This document shows, one piece after another, positions 1-11,136 of a stretch of DNA of 64,000 nucleotides. The first letter of the stretch is position 1. Every line of letters starts with the position of its first letter. The stretch covers positions 218,242,001 to 218,306,000 of the forward strand of contig NC_058368.1 in NCBI RefSeq assembly GCF_018350175.1, written 5' to 3'. The DNA comes from Felis catus. Taxonomy: Eukaryota. The notes under the pieces were generated by a model. The model was not told the origin of the DNA and did not search any database. It was given only the letters and a program-made list of their open reading frames with translations. The position numbers and the translations under genes were made by a program.

Positions 1-17
1 CCAAACCTGCATCATAT

Positions 18-528
18 ATGTATTAGTTATCTATTGTTGCTTATCAAATTACAGTAATACCTAGTGGCCTAAAACAACAATTTCTTATTTCACAGTTTGT
101 GTGGGTCAGGAATCTGAGCACAACTTAACTAGGTACCTCTGACTTCAAGTTCCCAGCTTTGCAGTCAGTATTGACTGGGGATGTGGCATCTGAAGGCTCA
201 ATAAGGGGAGGATCTGTTTTCAAACTCACTCATGTGGATGTTGGGGGAGTTGTTTCCTGCTGAAGTATTGGATTGTGAGTCTTCCTTCAGTTCCTTGCTC
301 TGTGGAGCTCGGTGGAGGCTGACTTTCTAGGGAGGTAGCGAGAGCTCCCAATGTAGAAGACACAGTCTCTTTGTAACTTAATGTTAGAAGTAACCTTCTT
401 TTGACATATCCCAGTCACTAGAAGCAAATTACTAAGTCCAGCCTACACCAAGGGGAGGGAAATACCTCAGGGCATGAAGATCAGGAAGTGGGAATTATTA
501 GTGGTCATGTTAGAGACTGTCTACTACA
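18..528 (-). mobile_element. MaLR solo LTR (MLT1F/G-like)
   Basis: Starts TGTATTAGTTATCTATTG...AAAACAACAATTTCTTATTTCACAGTTTGTGTGGGTCAGGAATCTG and ends ...GAGACTGTCTACTACA, the reverse-strand layout of MLT1 LTRs. Confidence 0.8.
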
Positions 529-529
529 C

Positions 530-735
530 CTATGATTCCATTTATATAAAATAAATGGACAAGCAAACTGATTCATGCTAAAATCAGTAAATGGTAATGT
601 TCAATGAATGGCAGGCAAAGTTTAGCCGGAAAGAAGAATGAAGGAATTTTCTGGATTACAGAAATGATCTCCATCTTGGGGGTAATAATAGGGTATTTTC
701 AGTTTTTAAAATTTAGTACATTGGTGAACCTGAAA
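530..735 (+). mobile_element. Old L1 (L1ME/L1MC-like) 3' end fragment
   Basis: TATGATTCCATTTATATAAAA...GCAAACTGATTCATG...GGAATTTTCTGG...ATCTCCATCTTG resembles L1ME 3' UTR. Confidence 0.55.
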
Positions 736-1414
736 TATTACATATGTATATATAATATTTTAGTATTATAATTATAATACATATATAATCTATAATAATA
801 TGCATATAAATATTATATCATATGTAATGTATACATATTTCCTTTTATCATTTATACTTTAATAAATTATGAAAACAAAAACAGTACAATTAAAAATTTG
901 AACTATTTGAATATTGTAGAACTAATAAAATCGAAATTATTTAGATGATACGAAACGTCAATATATTACGTTTAATTTTCTGCAAAAAGTATCTACCAAT
1001 TTTTTGTTGAAACATACTTTTATCACAACATATTTTTCTCTAAACAGAAATATTCACTTGGATTCTAGTCTCATCAAGAATGTATAATAAGAATTTCTGT
1101 TAAAAGAATGTGCAGCAATATTTGGCATATATTGCTAGATCATAAATTTGTTTTTTAGCCTAAATGTGCATAGAGGTGGTATTCACTGCATGTTTATGTA
1201 CGGATGGATGTATATATGTATCTGTCACAAAATTCCAAATTACATATAAAAGGGTAAGTAAATATACATATTAATAATGTAGCTTTCCTGTTCTTGCCTC
1301 ATATGTACTTTCTGTTCTCAGCTCATTGCAAAACTTCCCTTCCTATCAACCACATGTGAGTTTGTGATTTTTTTCCTGATTACAAATGACCCTGATTTAA
1401 GGTATAAAGCACCG

Positions 1415-1772
1415 TTTGATTATGGCCATGGTTTCTCTGCATCGGGACTTAGAGGGGACACAGTAGGGACAGCTTGTTCTTGCTCCACAAAGACTGGGTC
1501 CTCATCTGAGAAGACTCTAAAACCTGACAGGGACACAAATGATGCGGCTGAAATTAACTGAAGTTTTTTTTCTTTTTCTTTAATATGTCTGATGACAGGG
1601 CTGGGATTACTCTTAGGCTGAACTCAGCTGGGACTGTTGATCAGAGTACCTACATGAGGTTTTTTTTTGGTGGCTTGGAATTTCATAGCCTGAAATGGGG
1701 GCCAGTAAGGAACATCTGGAAGGCCCATTAAAAGGGACTATTCTTTCTTTTTTTTAATATTTAGTTTTGAGG

Positions 1773-1804
<32 letters not shown>

Positions 1805-2184
1805 TAGGGCATGAGTGAGAGAGGTGCAGAGAAGGGGACACAGAATCTGAAGCAGGCTCCAGGCTCTGAGCTGTCGGCACAGAGCCCAACATGGGGCTTG
1901 AACTCACAGACTCATCTTGAACTCACAGATCATGACCTGAGATGAGGTCAGACGCCCGACCAACTGAGTCACCCCGGTTCCCCACAGAGGGACCATTCCA
2001 AAAGGGACCAAGATGAAGCTGGAGGGCCTTTTGTAATTTTTCTTTGGATGTCATAGCATTATTGCTCCTGCTACACTGTAGTAATCAAAACAGTCAGAAG
2101 CTTGCTTCAAGAGGAGTTGACAAAGACTCCAACTCTATGAGAAAAGAGGCAAATAAGCCATAACTTTTTTCTGCTGCTACTACA
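1415..2184 (-). mobile_element. MaLR LTR (MLT1H-like), interrupted by a SINE
   Basis: GGGACAGCTTGTTCTTGCTCCAC, CTCAGCTGGGACTGTTGATCAGAGTACCTACATG, terminal CTACTACA; SINE inserted at 1743-1983. Confidence 0.6.
1743..1983 (-). mobile_element. Can-SINE (SINEC_Fc family)
   Basis: Poly-T, (GA)n, GACACAGAATCTGAAGCAGGCTCCAGGCTCTGAGCTGTC; TSD about AGGGACTATTC/AGGGACCATTC. Confidence 0.95.
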
Positions 2185-2289
2185 TACCTCATGCTTACAT
2201 ATCACACCCAGGGTTGTTAGGCAGTTAGTTAGGTAGGAGGGAGGAGGGATAAAGCACGTGCTGGCCACACCCTCAGTGCTACCCCTGAG

Positions 2290-3290
2290 GAGATGCCTTA
2301 CAAACTTTCATTTCCAGAACATTCCAAGGTAAAGGGCTGTCCCAGGTGATTCAACAAATAACCTCCTCTTACCCCACCTGAACATATACCAGCCCTGAGG
2401 GCATCCATTGGCTTCAATTAATCTAACTGATACAGAGGCATGAATACTACTCTGAGGAACACTGGCAGATGGATTTTACTCAGATGCCACCCTGCAGAGG
2501 ATACAAATACCTCCTCATGCAGTTGAGACCTTCATAGGATGGATAGAAGCATACCCCACACAGACCAAAAGGGTAATTGAAGTAGTCTGCAAACTTCTAC
2601 ATGGAAATAATCCCCTGATTTGGCCTCCCAAAGTCACTTCAAAGTGACAATGGACACTCGTTTGTGGCCACCGTAGTTCAATCTGTCTCCAAAGCACTGG
2701 GTATCAAATACCACCTTTATTGTGCTTAGAGACCACAGGTATAAAGGTATAAAGGGCCAGCCTATACCCAAAAATTATTATTAAAAACCTCACGCAAGAA
2801 ATATCACTAAACTGGAAAGAAACCTAGCCACGTTCTCTTCTCTGTAGTCAGCTCCTAAGGAGGCCCTGGGTTGAAGTCCTTTTGAGGCCCTGTGCTGGCA
2901 ACTCTTCCTCACTACAGACTTCTTGGTAGATCCAGAGACCCTAGGAATACAAACTCATATCATCTCTCTCTCCAAATTTCAGCAGGCTTTAAAGGAATGC
3001 ATCCTAACAGTTTCCACTACCAAATAAGAGACACATTCTCTATTTGAACCTGATGACCAAGTTCTAATCAAAATCTGAGAAGATGGCTGCCCTAAGTCCA
3101 AACTGGAACGTACTTAGAAAGGGCCTTTTCCAGTTGTTTTGTCTTCCCCTATAGCCATCAAGTTACCAGGAATCCCTAGCTCGATCCATCATTCCAGAGT
3201 TAAACCCTGGAATCAACCCCCAGCAGACACCACAGATGTCTACTCCTAGTGAATCCCTCGAACACTTGAAGTTAACTCTTCAAAAAGATT
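2290..3290 (+). pseudogene. pol: Retroviral pol integrase remnant with stops and frameshifts
   Basis: Manual translation gives WQMDFTQMPPCRGYKYLL / TFIGWIEAYPT / EIIP*FGLPKSLQSDNGHSF / VSKALGIKYHLYCA*RPQ / AIKLPGIPSSIHHSRVKPW, matching the gammaretrovirus-like integrase core and C-terminus. Confidence 0.92.
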
Positions 3291-3296
3291 CTTCAT

Positions 3297-3505
3297 GGGG
3301 GCATGAGTGGCTCATTCAATTAAGCAACTGAATCTTGATTTTGGCTCAGGTCATGATCTCGTGGTTCGTGGGTTCAAGCCATGCATCAGGCTCATACTGA
3401 CAGCACAGAGCCTGCTTGGGATTCTCTCTCTCCTCTCTCTCTGCCCCTCCCCCATGCATGTTTTCTCTCTCTCTCTCTCTCAAAATAAATAAACTTAAAA
3501 AAAAA
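3297..3505 (+). mobile_element. Can-SINE inserted in the ERV
   Basis: GGGGCATGAGTGGCTCATTC...GGTTCAAGCC...(CT)n, AATAAA, poly-A; TSD about AAAAAGATTC. Confidence 0.93.
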
Positions 3506-3569
3506 GATTCCATGACAAATAAGTCTTCTGTCTTTCTCTGTGTTATCTCATTAAGAAAAGAGCTTGCCA

Positions 3570-3771
3570 GGGGCACCTGGGTGACTCAGTCAGTTAACTC
3601 TCCAACTTTGGCTCAGGTTGTGATCTCATGGTTCGTGGGTTTGAGCCCTGCATTGGGCTCTGAGCTAACGGCTCAGAGCCTGGAGCCTGCTTCAGATTCT
3701 GTGTCTCCCTCTCTCTCTGCTTCTCTCTCTCTCTCTCTCCCTCAGAAATAAATAAACATAAAAAAAAAAAA
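3570..3771 (+). mobile_element. Can-SINE inserted in the ERV
   Basis: GGGGCACCTGGGTGACTCAGTC...poly-A; TSD AAGAAAAGAGCTTGCCA/AGGAATAGAGTTTGCCA. Confidence 0.95.
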
Positions 3772-3944
3772 GGAATAGAGTTTGCCATAGCCACCTTATC
3801 CTTTTTACAGCTCAATTCTTTGTCCCCGATTTGGGATCATTTCTCCTCCAAATCCTTTACTTCCTTCTTTGCCTTACTTAAAAATCTCCATACCAAGGGA
3901 ACACTTGTCTTCCTGGGTCATCTGTTCACAACTGTTTACAATTA

Positions 3945-4089
3945 CACCCTTACTTCCTTTAGTCCCCTCATTCTAGGGGCTCTCTTAATGTTAATCTTTA
4001 AACCAAAACTAATCAAAATGTTGGTATTCTTTGTCTCCTCCAGGTTAAGTGTAGTCAATTTCCAACTGGTCCTCAAGCAAAGATACTAA
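3945..4089 (+). pseudogene. env: Retroviral env TM membrane anchor and cytoplasmic tail remnant
   Basis: ORF 3820-4089 ends SPLILGALLMLIFKPKLIKMLVFFVSSRLSVVNFQLVLKQRY, like gamma-type Env GPL...LLFGPC...LV.FVSSRI...LQ; expected position upstream of the 3' LTR. Confidence 0.75.
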
Positions 4090-4276
4090 CCTTAGATGTG
4101 TACAACCCTTTCCCTTTTGGAAGTCTCTTGGTTGGACACCTCCAGCCACCACTGCCTTCTCTCTGGACAGTCAGCAAGTGATGAACTCTCAAAACCTTCA
4201 CAATGCCTCCTAACAGCTTGAAGAAGCCATTATCCCATTTCCCAATGATTTGGGGTTCAATCACTTGAGGACGGAG

Positions 4277-4845
4277 TGTTAGGCAGTTAGGCATGAACAA
4301 GGAGGGATAAAGCAGGAGATGGCAACACCCTCGGTGACACCTCCCAGGGTTGACAGCCACAACTTCAGAGCCACCTCTATGGACTTAACAGAACAGGTAG
4401 GGGCTAACCACAGAGCTGGCTCAAAAGCCACAAGAGGACTTCCAAGATCTTCCAAGTTGCACACAAAGGGTACAACTTGCCTTTAAGTACCTTTAAAGTC
4501 ACAACAAAAGCTCATTAGACACTCATAAATGTACAATACATAAATAAATACAATTATAAGAGAATGCATCATGGGTAGGTGCCATGTGCAGAGGCCAAAA
4601 TGTTCTATAACCACCAGCTTACAATCAAAAATGTCAATCAAAGCCAAATTTATGTGTACACAAAACAGGTTTAAAAGGATGAAGCTAGAGCTTCTTGGGG
4701 CCATTGCCACTCTTGCTCCAACAGTGGCCCACTTTCACTCTTGAAAGTGTAACTTATCAGATCAATGAATTTTATCTCCTCAATCTTGTCTCAGGTCTCC
4801 AATCCTTTGGTGCATCTGGGACGAGCATTGAGTGACCAGGGAACA
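4277..4845 (+). mobile_element. ERV1-type 3' LTR
   Basis: Preceded by purine-rich TGAGGACGGAG; TGTT...AACA inverted termini; first ~75 bp repeated at 2215. Confidence 0.85.
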
Positions 4846-6324
4846 GAGTCACTATGTGTTGATCTGCATTTATCTTGTATGTAGGTGTTACTTGTAGCAG
4901 CTCTTTGTTCTTATATCAATTCAAGGATTTTGCTTGATTCTCTGTGAATATTTTTCACTATTAGACCCTTTACTACTGATCTGCAATTCCTTGAGTTGAC
5001 AGATTATTTTGTTTTCTGTATATAAGAAAAGCATAACTCATCTTCCTATCATATCTCCATCAATATGATAACCCTATTATTTTGTGCCCTGAATAACCCA
5101 TGTAGATCTTGGTTTCCTTTTCCCATGTTCCACTCCCTCTCCTCCACTCTATCTTAAAGAGTCCTTCATAAAACCATCTTTGATGTCTTTTCAAATATTC
5201 TACAAACGTTTTGCCTAATGAAAATAAAAAACTGTAGCCTATAGATCCAATTCCTTCCTTTTCATCACGCTTCAGAAAAAGGAAGTCATGTGAAAATATA
5301 TCTCAACACTGAAATTAACCTTAAAAAACATTTACATTTATAAAGGATTACTCTGCTCTACTTCCACAACTTCCAGTTGTTTGCATCCTTGCAAAAGGGC
5401 ATACCTTATGTATCAGACATCTATAATTTCTTTCTCTAAGGATTAAAAAGAGGCACATTTCTGTCTACCAAGACTCTTATGCTACCTACCATTCATGGAC
5501 TTATATCCCAGTGCCATATAACCTCACAAAATAAACAACACAATGTTCTATGTGTGATTTATATTCTTTCCTCAGACAACTCAGCAGTGATAAATATGAG
5601 CCTCAATTTGATAAGTAAATACAGCAGCTTGTTTGTTTTTTAAATAAAATAGATAAGTGTTTGACAATCCAATAAACAAAAAATGCAAAACTACCAATGG
5701 AAACAGAATTAGAAATGAGAAGTGCAGAATTAGATATGAGGAAGACAAACTGTAAAAAAAAAAATGCAAGGTGCAATCAATGCCAAAATCTAGCTGATTT
5801 TTAAATATAATTTTAATGATCAATAGAGACTTTGTATTAGCCATGATTTGTGCATGTGGATGTATAATTTTGAAATATATTTGAGATAAATAAATACTGA
5901 ACATTTCACATTCATTTTGTGATAATGAAGTTTTCATTCCAAAACTCTTAAAACGCTTGAAAAGGATAACACATATAAAACTAAGTTACAGATTTATCCT
6001 TATACATTCATATATATATGAATATACATTTAGTTTCATGCATTATACCTATTACATAAAATTCTAAATAAAATCTTATGAAATTAATTTAACAGATAAT
6101 TTACATATGTTCCACTCCTAATTCAGAAAAGAAATATTATTTCAGAACAAAGATAATATTAAATATAGCAGTGTATAGCAGTAGATTCAAGGGCAAGAAG
6201 AAGAATCTCATATACAAGCAAACACTGAGTAAATGTCACTCAATGGTTCTAATTAAAACAACAACAAACTTTTAAATAACTGGGGATCCAAACTTACAGA
6301 GAATACTAATTGTTCATGATAGGC

Positions 6325-6424
6325 TTTTTCTTTCCTTGTTCCCTTCCTTCCTCCCTTCCTCCCTTTCTTCCATCTTTCTCGTTTTCTCCTTTTCTTTCTC
6401 GTTTTCTCCCTCTTTTTCTTTTCC

Positions 6425-6487
<63 letters not shown>

Positions 6488-6510
6488 CTTTCTTTCATTC
6501 TTTCTTCTTT
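6325..6510 (+). repeat. Pyrimidine-rich compound microsatellite with (TTTC)n core
   Basis: (CCTT)/(TTTC) degenerate repeats followed by a pure TTTC run at about 6427-6486. Confidence 0.97.
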
Positions 6511-6539
6511 CTCATCTTTATTAAATTCCCCCTCCCCCC

Positions 6540-6810
6540 ACCAGACACATATCTACTAAAAGAAACATGCTTTCGAAGCCTGACTTCTAGATACAAGTGG
6601 ACGTGATATTAAATTCTAGATGGAAATGGAAGTGCAGAGTGTCAACTTCCTGCTGGGTTTTACATTTTATCCATGTTTTTAAAACTTCCTCCTACATCCT
6701 GTTGTTTTTAATGTGGATCACAACATGTAGGGCACATTTGTTTTAGCATTAGAATAGAAGGACTCTGGATCTCTGAAACCATGGAGCATTAAATCAGTCT
6801 TTTACTTTTA
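6540..6810 (+). mobile_element. Possible old MaLR LTR fragment (MLT1J-like)
   Basis: GAATAGAAGGACTCTGGATCTCTGAAACCATGGAGC resembles the MLT1J-type 3' portion; very diverged. Confidence 0.35.
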
Positions 6811-7615
6811 AGACAGTGTATTACTTTTTTACACAAAATACAATTTGCTTACATTTTTAAACATTTAAGTGGTTGGGAATAAATGAAATGTGAAATCTTG
6901 ATAGATATAAAAATTATGAAGTTGAAACCCAGGGAAAAAAGGCAGAGAAGAAAGGAAGAAAAATATTTTAAAAGGTGGTTTGGATTAATTTTTAAGAACT
7001 AGAAACGATGAAAGTGGGCAGTTTCCACTTGAACAAAAAACAGCAATTACTACAAGAAAAAGAAAAGGATAGTGTAAACTACACAATAGTTATTCAACAA
7101 AGTTATATTGTATGGATCATTGACATGCTGTACTTAAAATATAATGTATGTCTAACTTTTAGTCAATCATAATGGTAATTATCATAGTATTAATCATTCA
7201 CTATTTCCAGGAAACCATATACGTTTTCTGGTTTTTGTAGAAGTAATTTCAAAATTTGATGCTTGAATACCAAATCATTTTAGATAAAATGTGATAAAAC
7301 AAAGGACTACCCTTTAGGATGGAGAACTCAAACAAGATTATAGTTTAATTACCAGTAAAATTGTATAATATACATGAAGTTTTAAAAGAAACTATTGCTC
7401 AAGTCAAGTAGATTATAACAAGGTCAATACCATGTTAAACAACTGATTTCTATTACATAATTTTGAACTACAAGAGGAAGAAAACAACTAAGTATACATT
7501 CATGACTGCTTCATTGATTTTTTTTTTTTTACTTGTGAAAACACAGACTTTTGGCTTAAATGAAGATTGAGAGGCAAACAGTTATCATAATCCTTGATTA
7601 AAATGTTAATAATGA

Positions 7616-7783
7616 GGGGCGCCTGGGTGACTCAGTCAGTTAAGTGTCTAACTTCACTTCAGGTCATGATCTCATAGTTCGTGGGTTTGAGACCCGTATC
7701 GGGCTCTGTGTTGACAACTCAGATACTGGAGCCTGCTCGGATTCTGTGTCTCCCTCTCTTTCTCTGCCCCTCCCCCACTCACA

Positions 7784-7827
<44 letters not shown>

Positions 7828-7848
7828 AATAAATAAACATTAAAAAAA
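7616..7848 (+). mobile_element. Can-SINE with (TG)n expansion
   Basis: GGGGCGCCTGGGTGACTCAGTC...; (TG)n at about 7786-7824; TSD AAAATGTTAATAATGA/AAAATGCTATAATGA. Confidence 0.96.
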
Positions 7849-8189
7849 TGCTATAATGATGCTGAGAAAAATAAAAAAAAAGAAACATTACAAGCCAGAA
7901 TTTGGCTAAAATTTGAGATTTCTTTGTGACATGTATGGTGTGTAATTGAATGCATTGCTAGGAAACATGATCACAGCTGTGCTAATTACAGTGACAGTCT
8001 TTAGAATATTCAAATATCATTTATGATATTTTCTGGAATCTTTGACAGTTGGAATAATTTAATGAACCGTGTTTCAAAGACCAGCCTATAACTACTTTCA
8101 GACACCCAATGGCAAGAATTACTACATGCAAAGCACTAGATTTAATTTAGACATATTCAGTAGAACAAATAAAAACAAAAGATCTTTTT

Positions 8190-8427
8190 TTAAATTTTTT
8201 TTTTCAACGTTTATTTATTTTTGGGACAGAGAGAGACAGAGCATGAACGGGGGAGGGGCAGAGAGAGAGGGAGACACAGAATCGGAAACAGGCTCCAGGC
8301 TCTGAGCCATCAGCCCAGAGCCCGACGCGGGGCTCGAACTCACGGACCGCGAGATAGTGACCTGGACCGCGAGATAGTGACCTGGCTGAAGTCGGACGCT
8401 TAACCGACTGCGCCACCCAGGCGCCCC
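8190..8427 (-). mobile_element. Young SINEC_Fc (Felis-type)
   Basis: CpG-rich, near-consensus; TSD CAAAAGATCTTTTT on both sides; internal 20-bp duplication. Confidence 0.97.
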
Positions 8428-10372
8428 TCAAAAGATCTTTTTAAAAAGGATCAAATCATGGCTACCGTTGGGGAAAACTCTGAATATCCCCGGTAGGCTC
8501 TCATTTAATGTGAACAGTTGTTTGATATTTTTCTATGACAACATACACTTGCAAAAAACAACCCTATGTATATTTTATTGTGTGACTCTTAATAGGCTGA
8601 AAATATTTTTAAAGATAGAAAAAGTTATTTATAACAAAAAGAAAATGTTTATGAAATATTGAAGAGAGTGGCATTCCAATAGATTGTAAGTAAATTAGAA
8701 TAAATGAAATCCTTTGCATGACTGTAAAATAGAAAATTCACATAAACTAATCCAAAAAGAAATGTTTAGTGAGACTATAATCAAAGTATAGTCTCAACAG
8801 AAAGGAGATGTAAACACAGAGCAACATACTGCTTTTTTAGAAGTTTTCTTTATATTACCCAGGATTGAAATTCTGATGGAAAATTAATATTCCATGGATC
8901 TAGATGTTATGTTACTTTAAGAATCAGTAATAGTTTTGATAAAAGTAAATTATATGCTAGAAATAAAACAATAATAATAATGATATGAAATATTTTTATG
9001 AAGATCCAGGAATCATTTGTGGATCTAAATATTGCTTACTAATTCTATTAACAAATCTGATTATAATCCTCAGCATACAAAATTTCTCCAAATTGAAATG
9101 ATAAGACAGTTTTTAGAACTACTGTGACACAAGGCATATCTAGTTCGGTGATATATCAGTTTAACCCAATCATGTGAAAACCTTGTCACAATATAATGAG
9201 ATTTTGTGAACACTAAGGCAATATAATATACACTAAAATAAATTATATCAATTTTGATGTTGGTATTTATCCAAATGCCCTCCTATCAATACAACATCTA
9301 GGTATGGGCAATTGCTCTTTACCACCTCCCTTAGCACAAGAAATACTTCACAGTTAAGAACAGTTATATCAGTGTCATCATATACTTCAGTGAAGAAAGC
9401 CAATTAATTCAATAATGGTTTTATTTCCCCCCTCATCCAATTAGTACAAACAAATGAAAACTTCTGGGAATTCATTACACCAAAGGAAAAAATCTGACAT
9501 TTGTGTATATGTTATTATAAATTCAGTCTAAAAAGTAATAGTAAAGAAACAGAAGTATTTTGTGCTAATATGAATGCAAATTTTTGTGCTAATAGGAAAA
9601 TTTGCGTTTTGATGGAACACAGAATCATATGAAAACATATTTTTATTGAATTAAGGAACTTATGAAGCAAAAATGTACTTTGAATGGATAGTGATATAAA
9701 TATGCAATTCATAATTGCCTCAAAAAATAGCAAAACCTTTTGATTTTCTGCCTACTGAGATACAACTGTTAGTTGTTTGACCAGAAGCATATTCTTATGT
9801 AAGTTAGTTACAGAAACTGAACATAAAACTTTTGTAATAGTGCAAAGTGGGATGAAAAAGAGCGTGGACAGCAAGTTTTCTCTTTGCTGCCCATATATGT
9901 GCAATATAAAAACAAACAAACAAAAAAACCCTGCAAATCAATCTAAGATCTACAATGGCATTGGATTACTATTGAACTGACCCTTTTGTAAAAAAAATAT
10001 TTATGGAAAAAATTAGGTAGTTTAAATCAAAATAATTAAAAATGGTACATTAAACTTCAGATTTGAAGTTTTTATAATTATGAAAATAAAACTTGCAAAT
10101 GGAAAAAACTGATATGTAGGTTTAAATCATGCAAGTTTTCTTGCATGAAATGAAAGACTGTATATGATTTTATTATGACGTTTACAAGTGTGCTTTAAAA
10201 TATCTCAGCTTGTGAGAGTAATCTTTTGAAGGAACTCTTTTTAATTGGATACATTTATTCTGATACCAATTGAATAAAACATATCAGGCCTATAATTTTG
10301 CAGAATCTGAAATCCAATAATGTAATATAGTCAACTTATTTTAGTAGTTTTCCTTACAGAAATATTTATCTA

Positions 10373-10556
10373 ATTGCTAAGACAGTGGACCTTAAAATTC
10401 TCATCACAAGGGAAAAATGTAATTATGTGGGATGATAGATATTAAATAAACTTATTCTGACAATTATTTTGCAATATATACATACAAATATCAAATCATT
10501 ATTTTGTACACCTAAAACTATGTTATATGTCAATTATATCTCAGTTGGAAAAAAAA
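10373..10556 (+). mobile_element. L1 3' end (L1MA9/L1_Carn-like)
   Basis: TTGCTAAGACAGTGGACCTTAAAATTCTCATCACAA...TGTACACCTAAAACT...TGTCAATTATATCTCA then poly-A. Confidence 0.85.
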
Positions 10557-10979
10557 GGATATAACTCTTGAAAGCACCTTCTAGCACTCAGACCTGCTTA
10601 GGGAAATTCTCTAGACACTTCACCTTTGGGTTTGGAACAAAATCTCAGCCCCAATAGTAATGAATGGTCTCAGAAAGTTACCAACCCTTGAAAATGAGAG
10701 TAGAGAATGAAAATACTATTTCAGCCTTAACTGGAAATAATTAAATACCCAAACTGTCTATCCTGTTTCCATTACTGAGAATAAACTGTGTTAGAGGAAA
10801 GAAATGTCACCCGGAAAGGCACGCTGCAGTTCCAGATCCGCAGAGTTCCCTGGACATCCGTGATTCTTCGGCGTGAAGAGGGCCACTGTGGCCTGTCACA
10901 GGGCAGGAAAGAGGGATTAGAGCCTTCCACATCCAGTGGGGCTCAGTGACCCTCTTTCTGTGTTTAAATTCTCATTTCA

Positions 10980-11136
10980 GGGGCATCTGGGTGGTTCAGT
11001 CGGTCAAGTGTCTGACTTCGGCTCTGTGCTGACTGACTGCTCAGAGCCTGGAGCCTGTTTCAGAGACAGCCCTCGCTCTCTGCCCTCCCCTGTTCGTGCT
11101 CTGTCTCTCCCTCTCAAAAACAAATAAACATTTAAA
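10980..11136 (+). mobile_element. Can-SINE with internal deletion
   Basis: GGGGCATCTGGGTGGTTCAGTCGG...CTCAGAGCCTGGAGCCTG...AATAAA; B-box segment missing. Confidence 0.9.

Larger units (their letters stand above)
2215..4845 (+). mobile_element. Deleted class I (gamma-like, ERV1) endogenous provirus
   Basis: 5' LTR stub TGTTAGGCAGTTAG at 2215, integrase remnant, env TM tail, purine-rich tract, full 3' LTR 4277-4845; flanks GGGT/GAGT fit a 4-bp TSD with one mismatch. Confidence 0.88.
5509..9340 (+). mobile_element. Ancient hAT-Tip100-type DNA transposon (Zaphod/MER97-like) with decayed transposase; boundaries approximate
   Basis: Collinear frameshifted motifs: HNGNY..SKFDA (7168-7263), D-RG-SY-N (7565-7591), LQARI (7888), FSG..DSWNNLMNRVSKTSL*LLSDTQW (8029-8112), LLILLT...FSKLK..RTTVTQ (9040-9133). 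Confidence 0.72.

Noticed and set aside
3820..4089. Possible syncytin-like captured env gene
   Set aside because: Only the TM anchor and tail survive; no signal peptide, SU, furin site or fusion peptide
6253..6606. Lys/Arg/Glu-rich and Phe/Leu/Ser-rich ORFs
   Set aside because: They are translations of the (TTTC)n microsatellite
8095..8150. Peptide MARITTCKALDLI, faintly like parvovirus NS1
   Set aside because: It overlaps the hAT LSDTQW motif in another frame, and no SF3 helicase motifs follow
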